Positions 37,634-48,390 of a stretch of DNA of 64,000 nt are shown here, piece by piece (position 1 is the first letter of the stretch; every line of letters starts with the position of its first letter). A program made the translations under genes and the position numbers. The notes under the pieces are model-generated. The model worked only from the letters and a program-made list of their open reading frames with translations. It was not told the DNA's origin and searched no databases. The DNA is from an uncultured delta proteobacterium (lineage in GTDB: Bacteria > Desulfobacterota > RBG-13-43-22), in assembly GCA_963711835.1 (NCBI GenBank), contig CAVQFQ010000005.1, forward strand, positions 192,001 through 256,000, read 5' to 3'.

Positions 37634-38733
37634 GATCCTTGTCCGAGCTCTATAATGACTATTTTTCTTCTTCCGCCGTATTCAGCTACCGGGAAGATGA
37701 GAGGATCTTTCGGACCCGCTTTAAGAGGGCCTGGTTTGTCATTTTCCTCATCCTGGTGGGTTTGATGTCTTTAGGTTCAACCGTGGGTGGTGGTGCCAAT
37801 GAATATCACTACTTTATCATGAATCTGATCCTGATAAACCTCATCTCCGCCCTGGGATTGAATCTCCTGGTAGGCTTTACCGGACTCCTTTCCCTGGGTC
37901 ATGCCGCCTTTATGGGAGTCGGCGCCTACACCTCAGCCCTGCTTATTACCAAATTCGGGATTCCCTTTGGCCTGTCCATTGTCTTCGCCGGCCTGGTGGC
38001 CGCCCTGTTTGGAATCATCGTGGGTACCCCTTCGCTCCGGATCAAGGGCTTCTATCTGATGGTGGCCACCCTGGCCTTCCAGTTTGTGATTGATTATATC
38101 ATCATCCACTGGGACGGGGTCACCAGGGGCATCAGGGGGATCGAGCTCCCGACCCCCTATTTTCTCGGGATTTCTCTTGAGAAAAACCAGGCCTACTTCT
38201 TATTCCTATTTGTCCTGGCCCTTATCCTCATGTGGGGGGCCAAGAACATCACCCGGTCCAAGATCGGTCGGGCCTTTGTGGCCATCCGGGATAATGACGT
38301 CTCGGCCGAGATCATCGGCATATCCATCTTCCGCTACAAGCTCTTAGCCTTTGCCATCGGGTCGTTTTATGCCGGCGTGGCCGGGGCCCTGTTTGCCGGG
38401 CTCCTCCGGACTGCGATTCCGGGCGACTACACCTTCCTCCACTCCATTATTGTCCTGGCCATGGTCCTGGTGGGAGGTCTGGGAAGGCTGGTGGGCACGG
38501 TCTTTGGAGTCATCTTTGTGACCTTTGTGCCGGTCTTTCTCGATCAGGTCGTGAGTATCTGGCTCAGGTCTATGACCCGAACATCACCATTCTTCTTGGG
38601 CCCATGAAAGAGTTGGTCTTCGGCGGCCTGATTATACTATTTATCATTTTTGAGCCGGAAGGGATTGTCGGGGACCTGGATCAAGTTGAGGGACTATTTC
38701 CGGATCTGGCCGCTGCCCTATATCTCGGAATGA
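37630..38733 (+). CDS. Branched-chain-type ABC permease, LivM-like, frameshifted at the 3' end
   Basis: GLNLLVGFTGLLSLGHAAFMGVGAY, LRIKGFYL, SKIGRAFVAIRDN, MVLVGGLG; shifted tail FEPEG...YFRIWPLPY. Confidence 0.9.
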
Positions 38734-38789
38734 GCGTAAAGGACCCATTTGTTAAATTGTCCCAATTTTTCTTATGAGGGGAACCGGTT

Positions 38790-40324
38790 ATGAGCCTTCG
38801 TGACTTCACCGTTTATGATGTTATCTGCAGACAACGCCCAGATCTATCCCAAAAGGATGCCATAGTCTTTAAGGATGATCCGCCTGACCCACAGGCAGTT
38901 CAAGGAAAAGTGTGACCGTCTGGCGACCGGTCTACTGGCCGCAGGCATCCGGAAGGGTGACCGACTGGGAGTGGTCGCCCAGAATTGTGATGAATTCATG
39001 ATTCTTTACGGCGCAGCCTCCAAGATAGGCGCGATTGTGCTCCCGATAAACTGGCGCTTTCAGCAGGACGAGGTGGAATTTGTGCTCAATGATTGCACCC
39101 CAAGGTTGGTCTTTGCCGGCCCTGAATACCGGCCCATGGTGGGGGATATATCCAGCGGCTCACGTCCGTCGAAGGGTGCTATGCCATCGGCGGCGGGGAC
39201 GCGCCCGCCGGCTTCAGGGCTTTTGAGGAGCTCTTTACTCTGGCGGCGGCAACCAAGAGGAATGCGACCTGCCGGCCGAAACCGGATTTGTCATCATCCA
39301 CACGGCGGCGGGTAGCGGGCAGACCCGGGGCGCCCTCCTGAGCCAGTCCAATGTCGTTCATGCCAATCTGCAGCTCATGCTGGGTAACGATGGCTTGGGC
39401 CCGATGACTGCTTTATCTGTATCCTGCCTCTTTTCCACATAGCCGCCCTGTCCATGGCCATGGCCGTGATGCAGGCCGGCGGAAAGAACGTGATTGTGGA
39501 GCGTTTTGATCCGGAACTTATCTTAGATCTTATCCAGAGCGAAAGAGGCACGACCCTGTTCCATTTTGCCCCTATCCTCCAGATGCTTGCCGATAAATAC
39601 GAGGAAAAGGGCCGATCCCATGATCTTTCTTCTCTGCGTAATGTCGGAGGTCTTGACAGCCCTGACAACATCTTTCGATTCAAGGAGTTGGTACCCGAGG
39701 CGAGGTTCTCGACCGGGTATGCGCAGACAGAGGCCCTGCCTGTAACCGGAGGGCTCATGGAGGAAAGACTGGGGAGCGCCGGGAGACCTTCTCCTCTTGA
39801 CGAGGGTGGCCCTTTTCGACGATTACGACCAGGAAGTCCCGGTCGGGACGCCGGGCGAGATATGCGTCCGTTCCCCGGTGGTCTTCCTGGGTTATTGGGG
39901 TCTGGACGAAGAGACGGCCTATACCCTTCGAAACGGCTGGCACCATACCGGCGACATCGGCCGTTTTGATGAAGACGGCTACCTCTGGTACGTAAAGAGA
40001 AAGGCGGAGAAAGAGCTTATAAAGCCCGGGGGCGAGAATGTCTACCCGATAGAGGTGGAAAAGACGATTCTGACCCATGAGGCGGTTGCGGAGGTCAGTG
40101 TCATCGGCGTGCCTGATCAAAAGTGGGGCGAAGCCATAAAGGCCGTCTGCGTGCTTAGGCCCGGGAAGTCCCTGGAGGCCCGGGAACTGATTGATTTTGT
40201 GGCCGGTAAAATTGCCCGCTATAAGAAACCCCAATATGTGGTCTTTGTAGACTCCCTTCCCAAAACAGCCAATGGCGAAATTGACCGGGACCAGGTTAAA
40301 AAAGAGCAGGGAGGAAAGTACTAA
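38790..40324 (+). CDS. AMP-binding acyl-CoA synthetase, broken by several indels
   Basis: GIRKGDR, PINWRF, IIHTAA..GRP, ILPLFHI, YAQTE, GWHHTGDIG, IKPGGENVYP.EVE, LPKTANGEIDR. Confidence 0.85.
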
Positions 40325-40344
40325 CCAAAGATACCTGAAGAAAT

Positions 40345-40370
40345 GGTGTAGGGGGGTCCCCCCCTACACC
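40345..40370 (+). terminator. GC-rich hairpin after the transporter operon
   Basis: GGTGTAGGGGGG-TC-CCCCCCTACACC; only a weak U-tract. Confidence 0.55.
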
Positions 40371-40421
40371 TGATTTTGGGAAATTAGAGATAAATTCTCA
40401 GACTAAAGCGACTAACAACGG

Positions 40422-41543
40422 ATGATCATCGGCGCCCCCAGGGAAATTAAAAATCACGAGTACCGTGTCGGTCTGGTGCCGTCCGGGGTCAGAATCCTGG
40501 TCCAGGCCGGGCATGCGGTTTATGTTCAGGCCGGGGCAGGCCAAGGGGCCGGTATCGAGGATGAAGAATTTATCGGGGCCGGGGCCGTCATCCTGAAAAC
40601 GGCCCCAGAGATTTTCGCCAAAGCCGAGATGATCATTAAGGTCAAGGAACCGCTGCCGGAAGAGGTCCCCTTGCTCAGAGAAGGCCAGATCCTTTTTACC
40701 TATCTCCATCTGGCCCCGGCCCCTGACCTGACCCGGGCCCTATTGGAGCGGAAGGTCATCGGCGTAGCCTACGAAACCATTCAACTCGACGACGGCTCCC
40801 TGCCTTTGCTGACCCCCATGAGCGTGGTGGCCGGCCGCATGGCTGTTCAGGTGGGGGCCCACTATCTGGAAAAAGAATTCGGCGGGCGGGGGGTTCTCTT
40901 AGGCGGGGTCCCCGGGGTGGCCCGCGGCAAAGTCCTTATTCTCGGAGCAGGCACGGTCGGCACCAGCGCCGCCAAGATCGCCATCGGACTGGGGGCCTAT
41001 GTGACTATCCTGGATAACAATGCCCAGCGCCTGATGGTCCTGGATGATATCTTCGGCACCCGCATCAACACCCTCATGTCCAATCACGACAATATCGCCC
41101 ATTCCGTCCGGGATGCCCATCTGGTTGTCGGGGCCGTTCTGATTCCCGGGGCCAAGACCCCCAAACTGGTCACCCGTGAAATGATTAAAACCATGAAAAA
41201 GGGGACGGTCATCATTGATGTTTCCGTGGACCAGGGAGGCTGCTGCGAAACCACCCGGCCCACCACCCACGAAGATCCCATCTACCTGGTGGATGGGGTC
41301 ATTCACTACGGGGTAACCAACATGCCGGCAGCCGTGGCCCGTACTTCGACCTTTGCCCTGACCAACATCACCCTGCCCTATGCCCTGCAATTGGCCAACA
41401 AGGGTTTTCATCAAGCCGTGATCGAGGATCCCGCCCTGGCCAGAGGGGTAAACCTCTATCTCGGGCAAGTCACCTGTGAAAATGTCGCCCGTGACCTTTC
41501 CTACTCTTTGACCCCCCTAAAATCCGTCTGCCACTTCCCGTAG
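40422..41543 (+). CDS. ald: Alanine dehydrogenase
   Basis: [70 protein letters not shown]. Confidence 0.96.
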   Translation: MIIGAPREIKNHEYRVGLVPSGVRILVQAGHAVYVQAGAGQGAGIEDEEFIGAGAVILKTAPEIFAKAEMIIKVKEPLPEEVPLLREGQILFTYLHLAPAPDLTRALLERKVIGVAYETIQLDDGSLPLLTPMSVVAGRMAVQVGAHYLEKEFGGRGVLLGGVPGVARGKVLILGAGTVGTSAAKIAIGLGAYVTILDNNAQRLMVLDDIFGTRINTLMSNHDNIAHSVRDAHLVVGAVLIPGAKTPKLVTREMIKTMKKGTVIIDVSVDQGGCCETTRPTTHEDPIYLVDGVIHYGVTNMPAAVARTSTFALTNITLPYALQLANKGFHQAVIEDPALARGVNLYLGQVTCENVARDLSYSLTPLKSVCHFP

Positions 41544-41763
41544 AATTTTTTTCACTGCCTCCGATTAGGTTCAAGCCGGTCAACCATTTCTTCCTGTACT
41601 CTTCAAACCTTCATTTTGAATAAAACGGAAGAGTAACGATAATCAATAGAAAGGAACTTGAAATTTATTGACTTTTTGGCTATTAAGGTGTAGGAAATCT
41701 AAAGAAAGTTAACCAAAGTTTGTTGGCAACCTTTATCAAAGGAGTGTCGATGAAAGAATAATA

Positions 41764-41800
41764 GACCCCATTTCTCAATAGAGAGGTGGGGTTTTTTGTT
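41764..41800 (+). terminator. Intrinsic terminator directly upstream of the sensor kinase
   Basis: GACCCCATTTCTC-AATA-GAGAGGTGGGGTT followed by TTTTGTT. Confidence 0.75.
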
Positions 41801-41828
41801 ATAATCATAGCATCTAATGGGTGACCTT

Positions 41829-43091
41829 ATGAAAGATGATGATAAGACAAGAGAGCAACTCGTACATGAACTATCGGAATTGCGCTCGCAAAATGCCACG
41901 CTGGAAAAATCAATAACCGGAAATAGGTCGGATGAGCTTGCAGTCGAGGAGGCCCGCCGCTACGCCGAGAGCATCATCGACACCGTGCCACGACCCTTAA
42001 TCGCTTTGGATCAAGATTTAAGGGTGGTCTCCGTCAGCCGTTCCTTCTATGAATTCTTTAAGGTAAAATCTGAGGAGACCGTGGGACAGCTTATCTATGA
42101 CCTGGGCAATAAACAGTGGGATATCCCCAAGCTGCGGGAATTGCTGGAAACCATCCTTCCCCAAAAAACAACCTTTGATAACTATGAGGTTGAACACGAT
42201 TTTGCTTCCATTGGCAGGCGCACAATGCTTTTGAATGCCCGGCAGATTCAAAGAGTGTGGGGAAAGGAACGGATCATCCTCCTGGCCGTCGAGGACATCA
42301 CCGAGCGCAGGGAGATAGAAAATGGTCTAAAAAAAGCCCATGAAGAGTTAAAGGAGTTGGCCACCGAGTTAAAACGTACCGCTCAGGTAAAATCTGAATT
42401 CTTGGCCAACATGTCGCATGAACTCAGGACCCCGCTTAACTCCATTAACGGTTTCTCTGAGGTATTATACGACGAGACTTTCGGACCGCTTAATGAAAAG
42501 CAGAAGAAATACGTTAATAATGTTTTAACCAGCGGGAGGCACCTACTCTTACTGATAAATCAGATACTTGATATGGCAAAAGTTGAAGCCGGAAAGATGA
42601 AGCTGGCAATATCCAGCTTACCCATGAAAAGCCTATTAAATGAGATTTCACTGCTGGTAGCGGATATGGTCAGCAAAAAGAAGATTGAAATGTTGCTTGA
42701 AATAGCCGAAGATCTGCCGAATATTGAGGCGGATGATCTCAAGGTAAAAGAGATAATTTACAACCTGCTTTCAAACGCAGTTAAATTTACCCCCGAGGGT
42801 AGTAAAATTGGCATGCGGGCCTCTACGAGGAAAGCTGATTCCGAGATAGAAATAGTGGTCTGGGATACGGGGGTCGGTATCGCACCTGAAAACATGGGGA
42901 AAATATTTGAAGGGTTTTTCCGTGTCGATACTCCATATTCTCGGGTAACTGAGGGGACCGGACTCGGTTTGCCGCTTTCTAAAAAACTGGTTGAGCTGCA
43001 CGGTGGGAAGCTTTCTGTAGAATCAGAGGGGCTAAATAAAGGCACCTCGGTCCGGTTTACTCTGCCTATTATATCCAGGAGGGTGGTGTGA
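41829..43091 (+). CDS. PAS sensor histidine kinase
   Basis: PAS (QWDIPKLRELLE), H-box FLANMSHELRTPLN, NLLSNAVKFT, DTGVGI, GTGLGL. Confidence 0.95.
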   Translation: MKDDDKTREQLVHELSELRSQNATLEKSITGNRSDELAVEEARRYAESIIDTVPRPLIALDQDLRVVSVSRSFYEFFKVKSEETVGQLIYDLGNKQWDIPKLRELLETILPQKTTFDNYEVEHDFASIGRRTMLLNARQIQRVWGKERIILLAVEDITERREIENGLKKAHEELKELATELKRTAQVKSEFLANMSHELRTPLNSINGFSEVLYDETFGPLNEKQKKYVNNVLTSGRHLLLLINQILDMAKVEAGKMKLAISSLPMKSLLNEISLLVADMVSKKKIEMLLEIAEDLPNIEADDLKVKEIIYNLLSNAVKFTPEGSKIGMRASTRKADSEIEIVVWDTGVGIAPENMGKIFEGFFRVDTPYSRVTEGTGLGLPLSKKLVELHGGKLSVESEGLNKGTSVRFTLPIISRRVV

Positions 43092-43092
43092 G

Positions 43093-43467
43093 ATGAGGCA
43101 GAAAGCATTAGTTGTCGATGATAATGGAAACAATCTGATGCTGGAAAAAGACCTTTTGGAGGTCGCTGGCTTTGAAGTATTTGGAGCTGAAAATGCTGCC
43201 GATGGAATTGCCATTGCCAGGAGAGAAAAACCGGATATTATAATTATGGATGTGCGGCTTCCAGATATGCGCGGTACCGAAGCCGCCAAGATATTACGTC
43301 AAGAAAAAGAAACACGCGATATTCCCATTGTTTTTGTGACTGCTTCTGTAATGGCAGAAGGCAGAGAAGAGATAAAAGCCATAACTAACACTGGATTTAT
43401 AGGTAAGCCGATAAATACGCGCACCTTTGCGAAAGAAATTAGTCAATTTATTAAGTCAGTTATCTAA
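43093..43467 (+). CDS. Single-domain response regulator (DivK-like)
   Basis: LVVDDN, IIMDVRLPDMRG, IPIVFVTA, KPIN. Confidence 0.93.
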   Translation: MRQKALVVDDNGNNLMLEKDLLEVAGFEVFGAENAADGIAIARREKPDIIIMDVRLPDMRGTEAAKILRQEKETRDIPIVFVTASVMAEGREEIKAITNTGFIGKPINTRTFAKEISQFIKSVI

Positions 43468-43501
43468 TATATTGAAAAGTAAAATTCAAGAGAGTTAGAG
43501 G

Positions 43502-45764
43502 ATGAAAGACAAACCAGTAATCTTAGTTGTTGATGACGAGCCCCAAAACATTGAACTTCTCGAAGCCTATCTTGTTCCGCAGGGTTATGAAATTGTCAAG
43601 GCGGCAAACGGCGAAGAAGCGCTGGGGAAACTTTCTGGTAATCAAATCGATCTGATTCTGCTGGATGTAATGATGCCCGGCATGGATGGTTTTGAAGTTA
43701 TCCGCAGGGTCAGGCAAGATAATACACATCGACTGCTTCCGATAATCCTGGTTACCGTATTGCAGGAAACGGAAGATCGGGTAAAGGGCATTGAAGCCGG
43801 GTGTGATGATTTTATTTCACATCCTGTTGATAAGATGGAGCTTTTAGCCCGGATCCGGTCCCTGCTAAAGGTCAAGGCCTACAACGACTTGATGAGTAAT
43901 TACCAGAAAGAGCTGGAGTCCGAGGTAACCAGGAGGACTGAGGAATTAAAACATGCCTTGGAGAACCTGCAGCAGGACATTGTCGAACGTAAGCAGATGG
44001 AGGCGGCGCTGCTGAAGTCGGAAGAAAGGTACCGGGTGATTTTCGAGGGGAGCACGCAGGGCATACTTATTACTGATATTGAAACGAGGCGGTTTCTATA
44101 TGCCAACCCATCCATCTGCCAGATGTTTGGATATTCAGATGTAGAGTTACTGCAGTTGAGTATAGCGGACATACATCCAAAGGACTCGCTGGGCCAGTTG
44201 ATCTCGGATTTCAAGTCTCAAACTCAAGGGAAGAAGCCGATATCTTCTGCGATCCCGTGCCTGCGGAAAGACGGCACGGTTTTCTATGCTCACATCACCG
44301 GTGCTAACACCAAAATCAACGGTCGGGAATGTTCTGTGGGCTTCTTTTTGGACATCACCAAGCGCGAGCAGGCGCAGCAGGCGCTGCGGGAGAGCGAGAA
44401 GAAATATCATGATCTATATGATTTTTTGCCAATCCCAGTCTATGAAATGGATTTTGAAGCCAATATTACTTCTGCCAACCGCGCTATTTATGAAACTTTT
44501 CGAGGTACAGAAGAGGATTTAAAGAAGGGTTTTAAGGGATGGCAGCTACTTTCACCAGAAGAGATTGAAAAATCGAGTAAGAACATTGAAAGGCTGTTAA
44601 AGGGGGAGAAAATAGAGGGTACTGAATATACTTTAATGAGGTTAGATGGGTCTGTCTTTCCTGCCATAGTAATCTCAAGTGTCATTTACAGTAATGGCAA
44701 ACCTGTGGGGCTCAGAAGTGCTATCGTAGATATTACGGAGCGCAAGCGGGCGGAGGAGGTCTTGAAGGAAAGTGAAAACAAATATCGCCTGCTGGCCGAT
44801 AATGTCAATGACGTCATTTTCGTTTTGGATATGAATCTGAATTACACCTATGTCAGCCCTTCCGTAAAAATCCTGAGGGGATACGAACCGGAAGAGGTGT
44901 TGAAACAACCACCTTTTGAGACCTTGACTCCCTCCTCCTGGGATCTGGCCATGAGGACCCTATCTGAGATCATGGAGCTGGAAAAATCCGGACGTAGAGA
45001 GATTCCCATATCCCGGACGCTTCAGTTGGAAATGAGGCGAAAAGATGGGACCACCGTGTGGACGGAGGTGAAGTTTTCCTTTATCAGAGATGAAAATCAG
45101 CGACCAGTGGGCATTCTCGGCGTAACCCGTGATATCACCGATCGCAAGCAAGCCTCGATGGAACTCCAGATAAGTTTGGAAAAGCTCAGAAAAGCCATGG
45201 GTGGGATTATTCAAGCCATGGCTCTGACCGTAGAGATCAGAGATCCCTATACCTCCGGCCACCAGCAGCGGGTAGCCGACTTGGCCAGGTCCATTGCCCA
45301 GGAGATGGGGCTTTCCGAAGACCAGGTGGATGGCCTGCGCATGGCCGGTATTGTTCACGACTTGGGAAAAATTGCAGTCCCGGCCGAAATCCTCAGTAAG
45401 CCTACTAAATTAACTAATCTTGAATTTTCTTTAATCAAGACCCATCCGCAGATCAGTTATGACATCCTGAAAGACATCGATTTCCCCTGGCCGATAGCTG
45501 AAATCATTCTTCAGCACCATGAAAGGTTAGACGGCTCCGGTTATCCACAAGGCTTGATGGGAGCGAATATTCTTTTAGAAGCCCGTATCCTGGTTGTGGC
45601 CGATGTGGTTGAGGCCATGGCCTCGCACCGTCCTTACCGGCCAGCCCTGGGAATTGATGCCGCCCTGGAGGAGATCGAGAAAAACAAGGGCGTTCTGTAC
45701 GACCCTGATGGTGGTCGATACCTGCTTGAGGCTATTCCGGGAGAAGGGGTTCAGTCTCAATTGA
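43502..45764 (+). CDS. REC-PAS-PAS-PAS-HD-GYP c-di-GMP phosphodiesterase (frameshift near 45710 in the tail)
   Basis: REC LLDVMMPGMDG, three PAS/PAC units, RDPYTSGHQQRV, HDLGKI, HHERLDGSGYP; natural end VVDTCLRLFREKGFSLN* in shifted frame. Confidence 0.92.
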
Positions 45765-46055
45765 TCGGAGGAATTTCTTCCCGCCTGCCATCAGAATTGA
45801 GTCACGGAATTTGGGGAGTTGCTATCGCATATTTCAAGTGCAAATCGTTGTTTTGTGTGCCTATGGTTTTTAACGACTTGTAGGTGACATTGATAAATTT
45901 GGGGTGGAGAGGCAATTTTCGAGAAAACTTTTGGGCTTCTTCCTGAGGTCCGCACTTTTGAAAAATTCAAAAGAGTGTATAGTGTAACCTGTAATTGATT
46001 ATTGGTAACTGCCAACCTCCAAAATCATCCGTAATGAAGCTCTAATCTTGATAAA

Positions 46056-46367
46056 ATGAATATGGAGACTAAATACCTAAAAATGATCCACGGGATAAAG
46101 AGAGGGGGGCGAAAGGATTGGACAGTCTATATCATCCGCTGCAGGGATGGGTCGCTCTACACTGGGATAGCCAAAGATGTGCGGGCTCGGGTCAAGCAAC
46201 ATAGTGAGGGTCGGGGGGCAACCTACACCCGAACACGCCTGCCCATCAAGCTGTTATATCAGCAAGAAGGCTTGACGCATTCCGAAGCTCTTATCCGAGA
46301 AGCACAGATAAAAGCCCTGCCCCGGTCCAAGAAAGAGGAAATCATCTTTAATACATTTTGTGGCTGA
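46056..46367 (+). CDS. GIY-YIG nuclease, UPF0213/YhbQ-like
   Basis: WTVYIIRCRDGSLYTGIAKD..RVKQH..GATYTR.R.P..ALIREAQIK. Confidence 0.92.
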   Translation: MNMETKYLKMIHGIKRGGRKDWTVYIIRCRDGSLYTGIAKDVRARVKQHSEGRGATYTRTRLPIKLLYQQEGLTHSEALIREAQIKALPRSKKEEIIFNTFCG

Positions 46368-46471
46368 CGGTTCATTCCAGCCGTCGCCGGCCTTCGTCCC
46401 GCTTGGCTGCATGCTCGCGCACCATTTTTCAGAATAGGTTGTTGTCAATAAAATATTCTAAGGAGGAATAT

Positions 46472-46897
46472 ATGTCGCTTACCCGAGAAGAGATGCTGAA
46501 GGCTATGAAAGAATGGAATCTTGCCTGGGACAACCATGATCTCGAAGGCGTTATGAAACTCTTTCATGATGATGTCCTGTTTGAAAACTGGACCGGTGGA
46601 AAGGCCCTGGGCAAGGAAGCGCTTCGGAAGGCCTGGGCGCCGTGGTTTGCGAATCACGGAGGGTTCAGATTTACGGAGGAAGACATTTTTATTGACGAAA
46701 AAGAACAGAAATTACTTTATCGCTGGGAGCTTTCCTGGCCTTCGCTTGAAAAAGGTTATGAGGGAAAACCTGAAAAACGCAGGGGCGTCGATGTGATTCA
46801 TTTTAAAGACGGGAAGATTATAAAGAAGATGACCTATTCAAAAACAACCCTTGAAATAGACGGACAAAGGTTTCCTCTTCACCTTTCAAATAAATGA
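46472..46897 (+). CDS. SnoaL/NTF2-like protein
   Basis: WNLAWDNHDLEGVMKLFHDD, GKEALR, RGVDVIHFKDGKIIKK; AAGGAGG SD. Confidence 0.88.
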   Translation: MSLTREEMLKAMKEWNLAWDNHDLEGVMKLFHDDVLFENWTGGKALGKEALRKAWAPWFANHGGFRFTEEDIFIDEKEQKLLYRWELSWPSLEKGYEGKPEKRRGVDVIHFKDGKIIKKMTYSKTTLEIDGQRFPLHLSNK

Positions 46898-46906
46898 AAA
46901 ATGACT

Positions 46907-46996
46907 GAGGTCGATCCCCTTATCTGACCCCAATGTCTGGGATTGATGCGGATTATCAACATGATCGAAGACCAGGAAGTTTTCAACAAGATACTT
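46907..46996 (+). mobile_element. IS91/ISCR-family transposase C-terminal remnant
   Basis: Manual translation EVDPLI*PQCLGLMRIINMIEDQEVFNKIL matches the EVDPLxCPxC..MRII..IED..VI.KIL tail of IS91-like Y2 transposases. Confidence 0.68.
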
Positions 46997-47026
46997 CTTA
47001 TCAAAACAATATAGGAGGACGGGGGG

Positions 47027-48388
47027 TTGAAGAGCATTCGCATTGGGGCAGGACAAGGTTTCTGGGGGGACACGCCTTTCCCGGCCTTGGACGTGGTGCA
47101 GGCGGGCCAGGTGCGCTATCTCGCTTGCGACGCCTTGGCCGAGTTGACCCTGGCCCTTTTGCAGAAAGGCCGGCAGAAAGAACCCGATAAGGGCTACGTG
47201 GAGGACAGGTTCTTTCGTGTTCTTCTGCAACCGTGTTGGGCCAAGGGCGTTAAGATACTGACCAACGCCGGAGGAATCAACCCTGTCGGGGCGGGGCAGA
47301 TGGTCTTCGATTTGGCCAAGACCATGGGCCTGAGGGGGATGCGGATCGCGGTCATCACCGGAGATGACATCCTGGATATGATCGACGTGCTCAGAGATAA
47401 GGGTGTTGATCTTCGTGATATGGAAACAGGCGGGAACATAGCGACCATCCGGGGCAGAATTCTTTTCGCGAACGCCTATCTCGGGGCCAAGGCCATGGTC
47501 GAAGCGCTCCGGCAGGGAGCGGACGTTGTCATCACCGGGCGGACTTCCGATCCGGCCCAGTTCCTTGCCCCTCTGGCCTACGAGCTCGGCTGGGAATGGG
47601 ATGACTGGGATCGCTTGGCGGCAGGAATATTGGTCGGGCACCTTTTGGAATGTTCAGGGCAGAGCACGGGGGGCAACTTTAGCGGAGACTGGTGGAACAT
47701 ACCGGAAATGGAAAGAATCGGCTACCCGGTGGCCGAGGTATACGAGAACGGTGATGTCGTGCTGACCAAGCCCGACGGAACGGGTGGCCGAGTCGACTTG
47801 GGGACCGTCAAGGAACAGATGCTCTATGAGGTCCACGATCCGTCCGCCTATGTGACGCCCGACGTTGTTGCCGATTTTTGTTCCCCTCGCCTCGAGAAGG
47901 CAGGGCGGGACAGGGTGCGGATCACTGGAATGAGAGGCAAGCCCCGTCCGGAGAATCTGAAGGTATCGATCGGCTACAGCGACGGGTGGATGTGCGATGC
48001 GACCATACGCTACTCATGGCCGCAAGCGATGAGGAAGGCGCGAAAGGCCGAAGAGATCGTTCGGAAGCAATTCGAATGGCTGGGGATGCACTTCGAAGAG
48101 GTTCTGACCGAATACGTAGGATATAACTCGCTCTGCGGACCACTGGCCTTCGGGGACGGCGAGGACCTGAACGAAGTCGGGCTGAGAATCGCGGTGCGCT
48201 CGCGCGACAGATTAGAAGCCGCGAGGATGCCTCGTCTGTTTCCTCCCCTGGCTCTGAACGGACCCCCTACGGCCAGTGGATGGGCCGGCACGCCGCAGCC
48301 CCGAGAGTTGATCGGCCTGTGGTCGGCTCTGGTCCCGAGAGAACAGGTGGAAAGCCAGGTCAAGATCGCGATCAGGGAGGTGAATTGA
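47027..48388 (+). CDS. Acyclic terpene utilization AtuA-family protein, N-terminal domain (DUF1446)
   Basis: IRIGAGQGFWGD, LAELTL, NAGGINP, ANAYLGA, GADVVITGR.SD, GHLLECSGQSTGGN, EQMLYEVHDP..Y.TPDV. Confidence 0.92.
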   Translation: MKSIRIGAGQGFWGDTPFPALDVVQAGQVRYLACDALAELTLALLQKGRQKEPDKGYVEDRFFRVLLQPCWAKGVKILTNAGGINPVGAGQMVFDLAKTMGLRGMRIAVITGDDILDMIDVLRDKGVDLRDMETGGNIATIRGRILFANAYLGAKAMVEALRQGADVVITGRTSDPAQFLAPLAYELGWEWDDWDRLAAGILVGHLLECSGQSTGGNFSGDWWNIPEMERIGYPVAEVYENGDVVLTKPDGTGGRVDLGTVKEQMLYEVHDPSAYVTPDVVADFCSPRLEKAGRDRVRITGMRGKPRPENLKVSIGYSDGWMCDATIRYSWPQAMRKARKAEEIVRKQFEWLGMHFEEVLTEYVGYNSLCGPLAFGDGEDLNEVGLRIAVRSRDRLEAARMPRLFPPLALNGPPTASGWAGTPQPRELIGLWSALVPREQVESQVKIAIREVN

Positions 48389-48390
48389 AC

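Noticed and set aside
41690-41800. c-di-GMP-I riboswitch before the kinase/HD-GYP operon
   Set aside because: Lacks the GGCAAAC...GAAA...GCAAAGC pattern; only the terminator is evident
45770-46050. IS end or small RNA in the AT-rich spacer before GIY-YIG
   Set aside because: No inverted repeat, ORF homology or stable structure that I could support
46925-46927. Selenocysteine TGA in a CxxC motif
   Set aside because: It lies in a short transposase relic with no complete gene and no SECIS-like hairpin; simple nonsense decay is more likely
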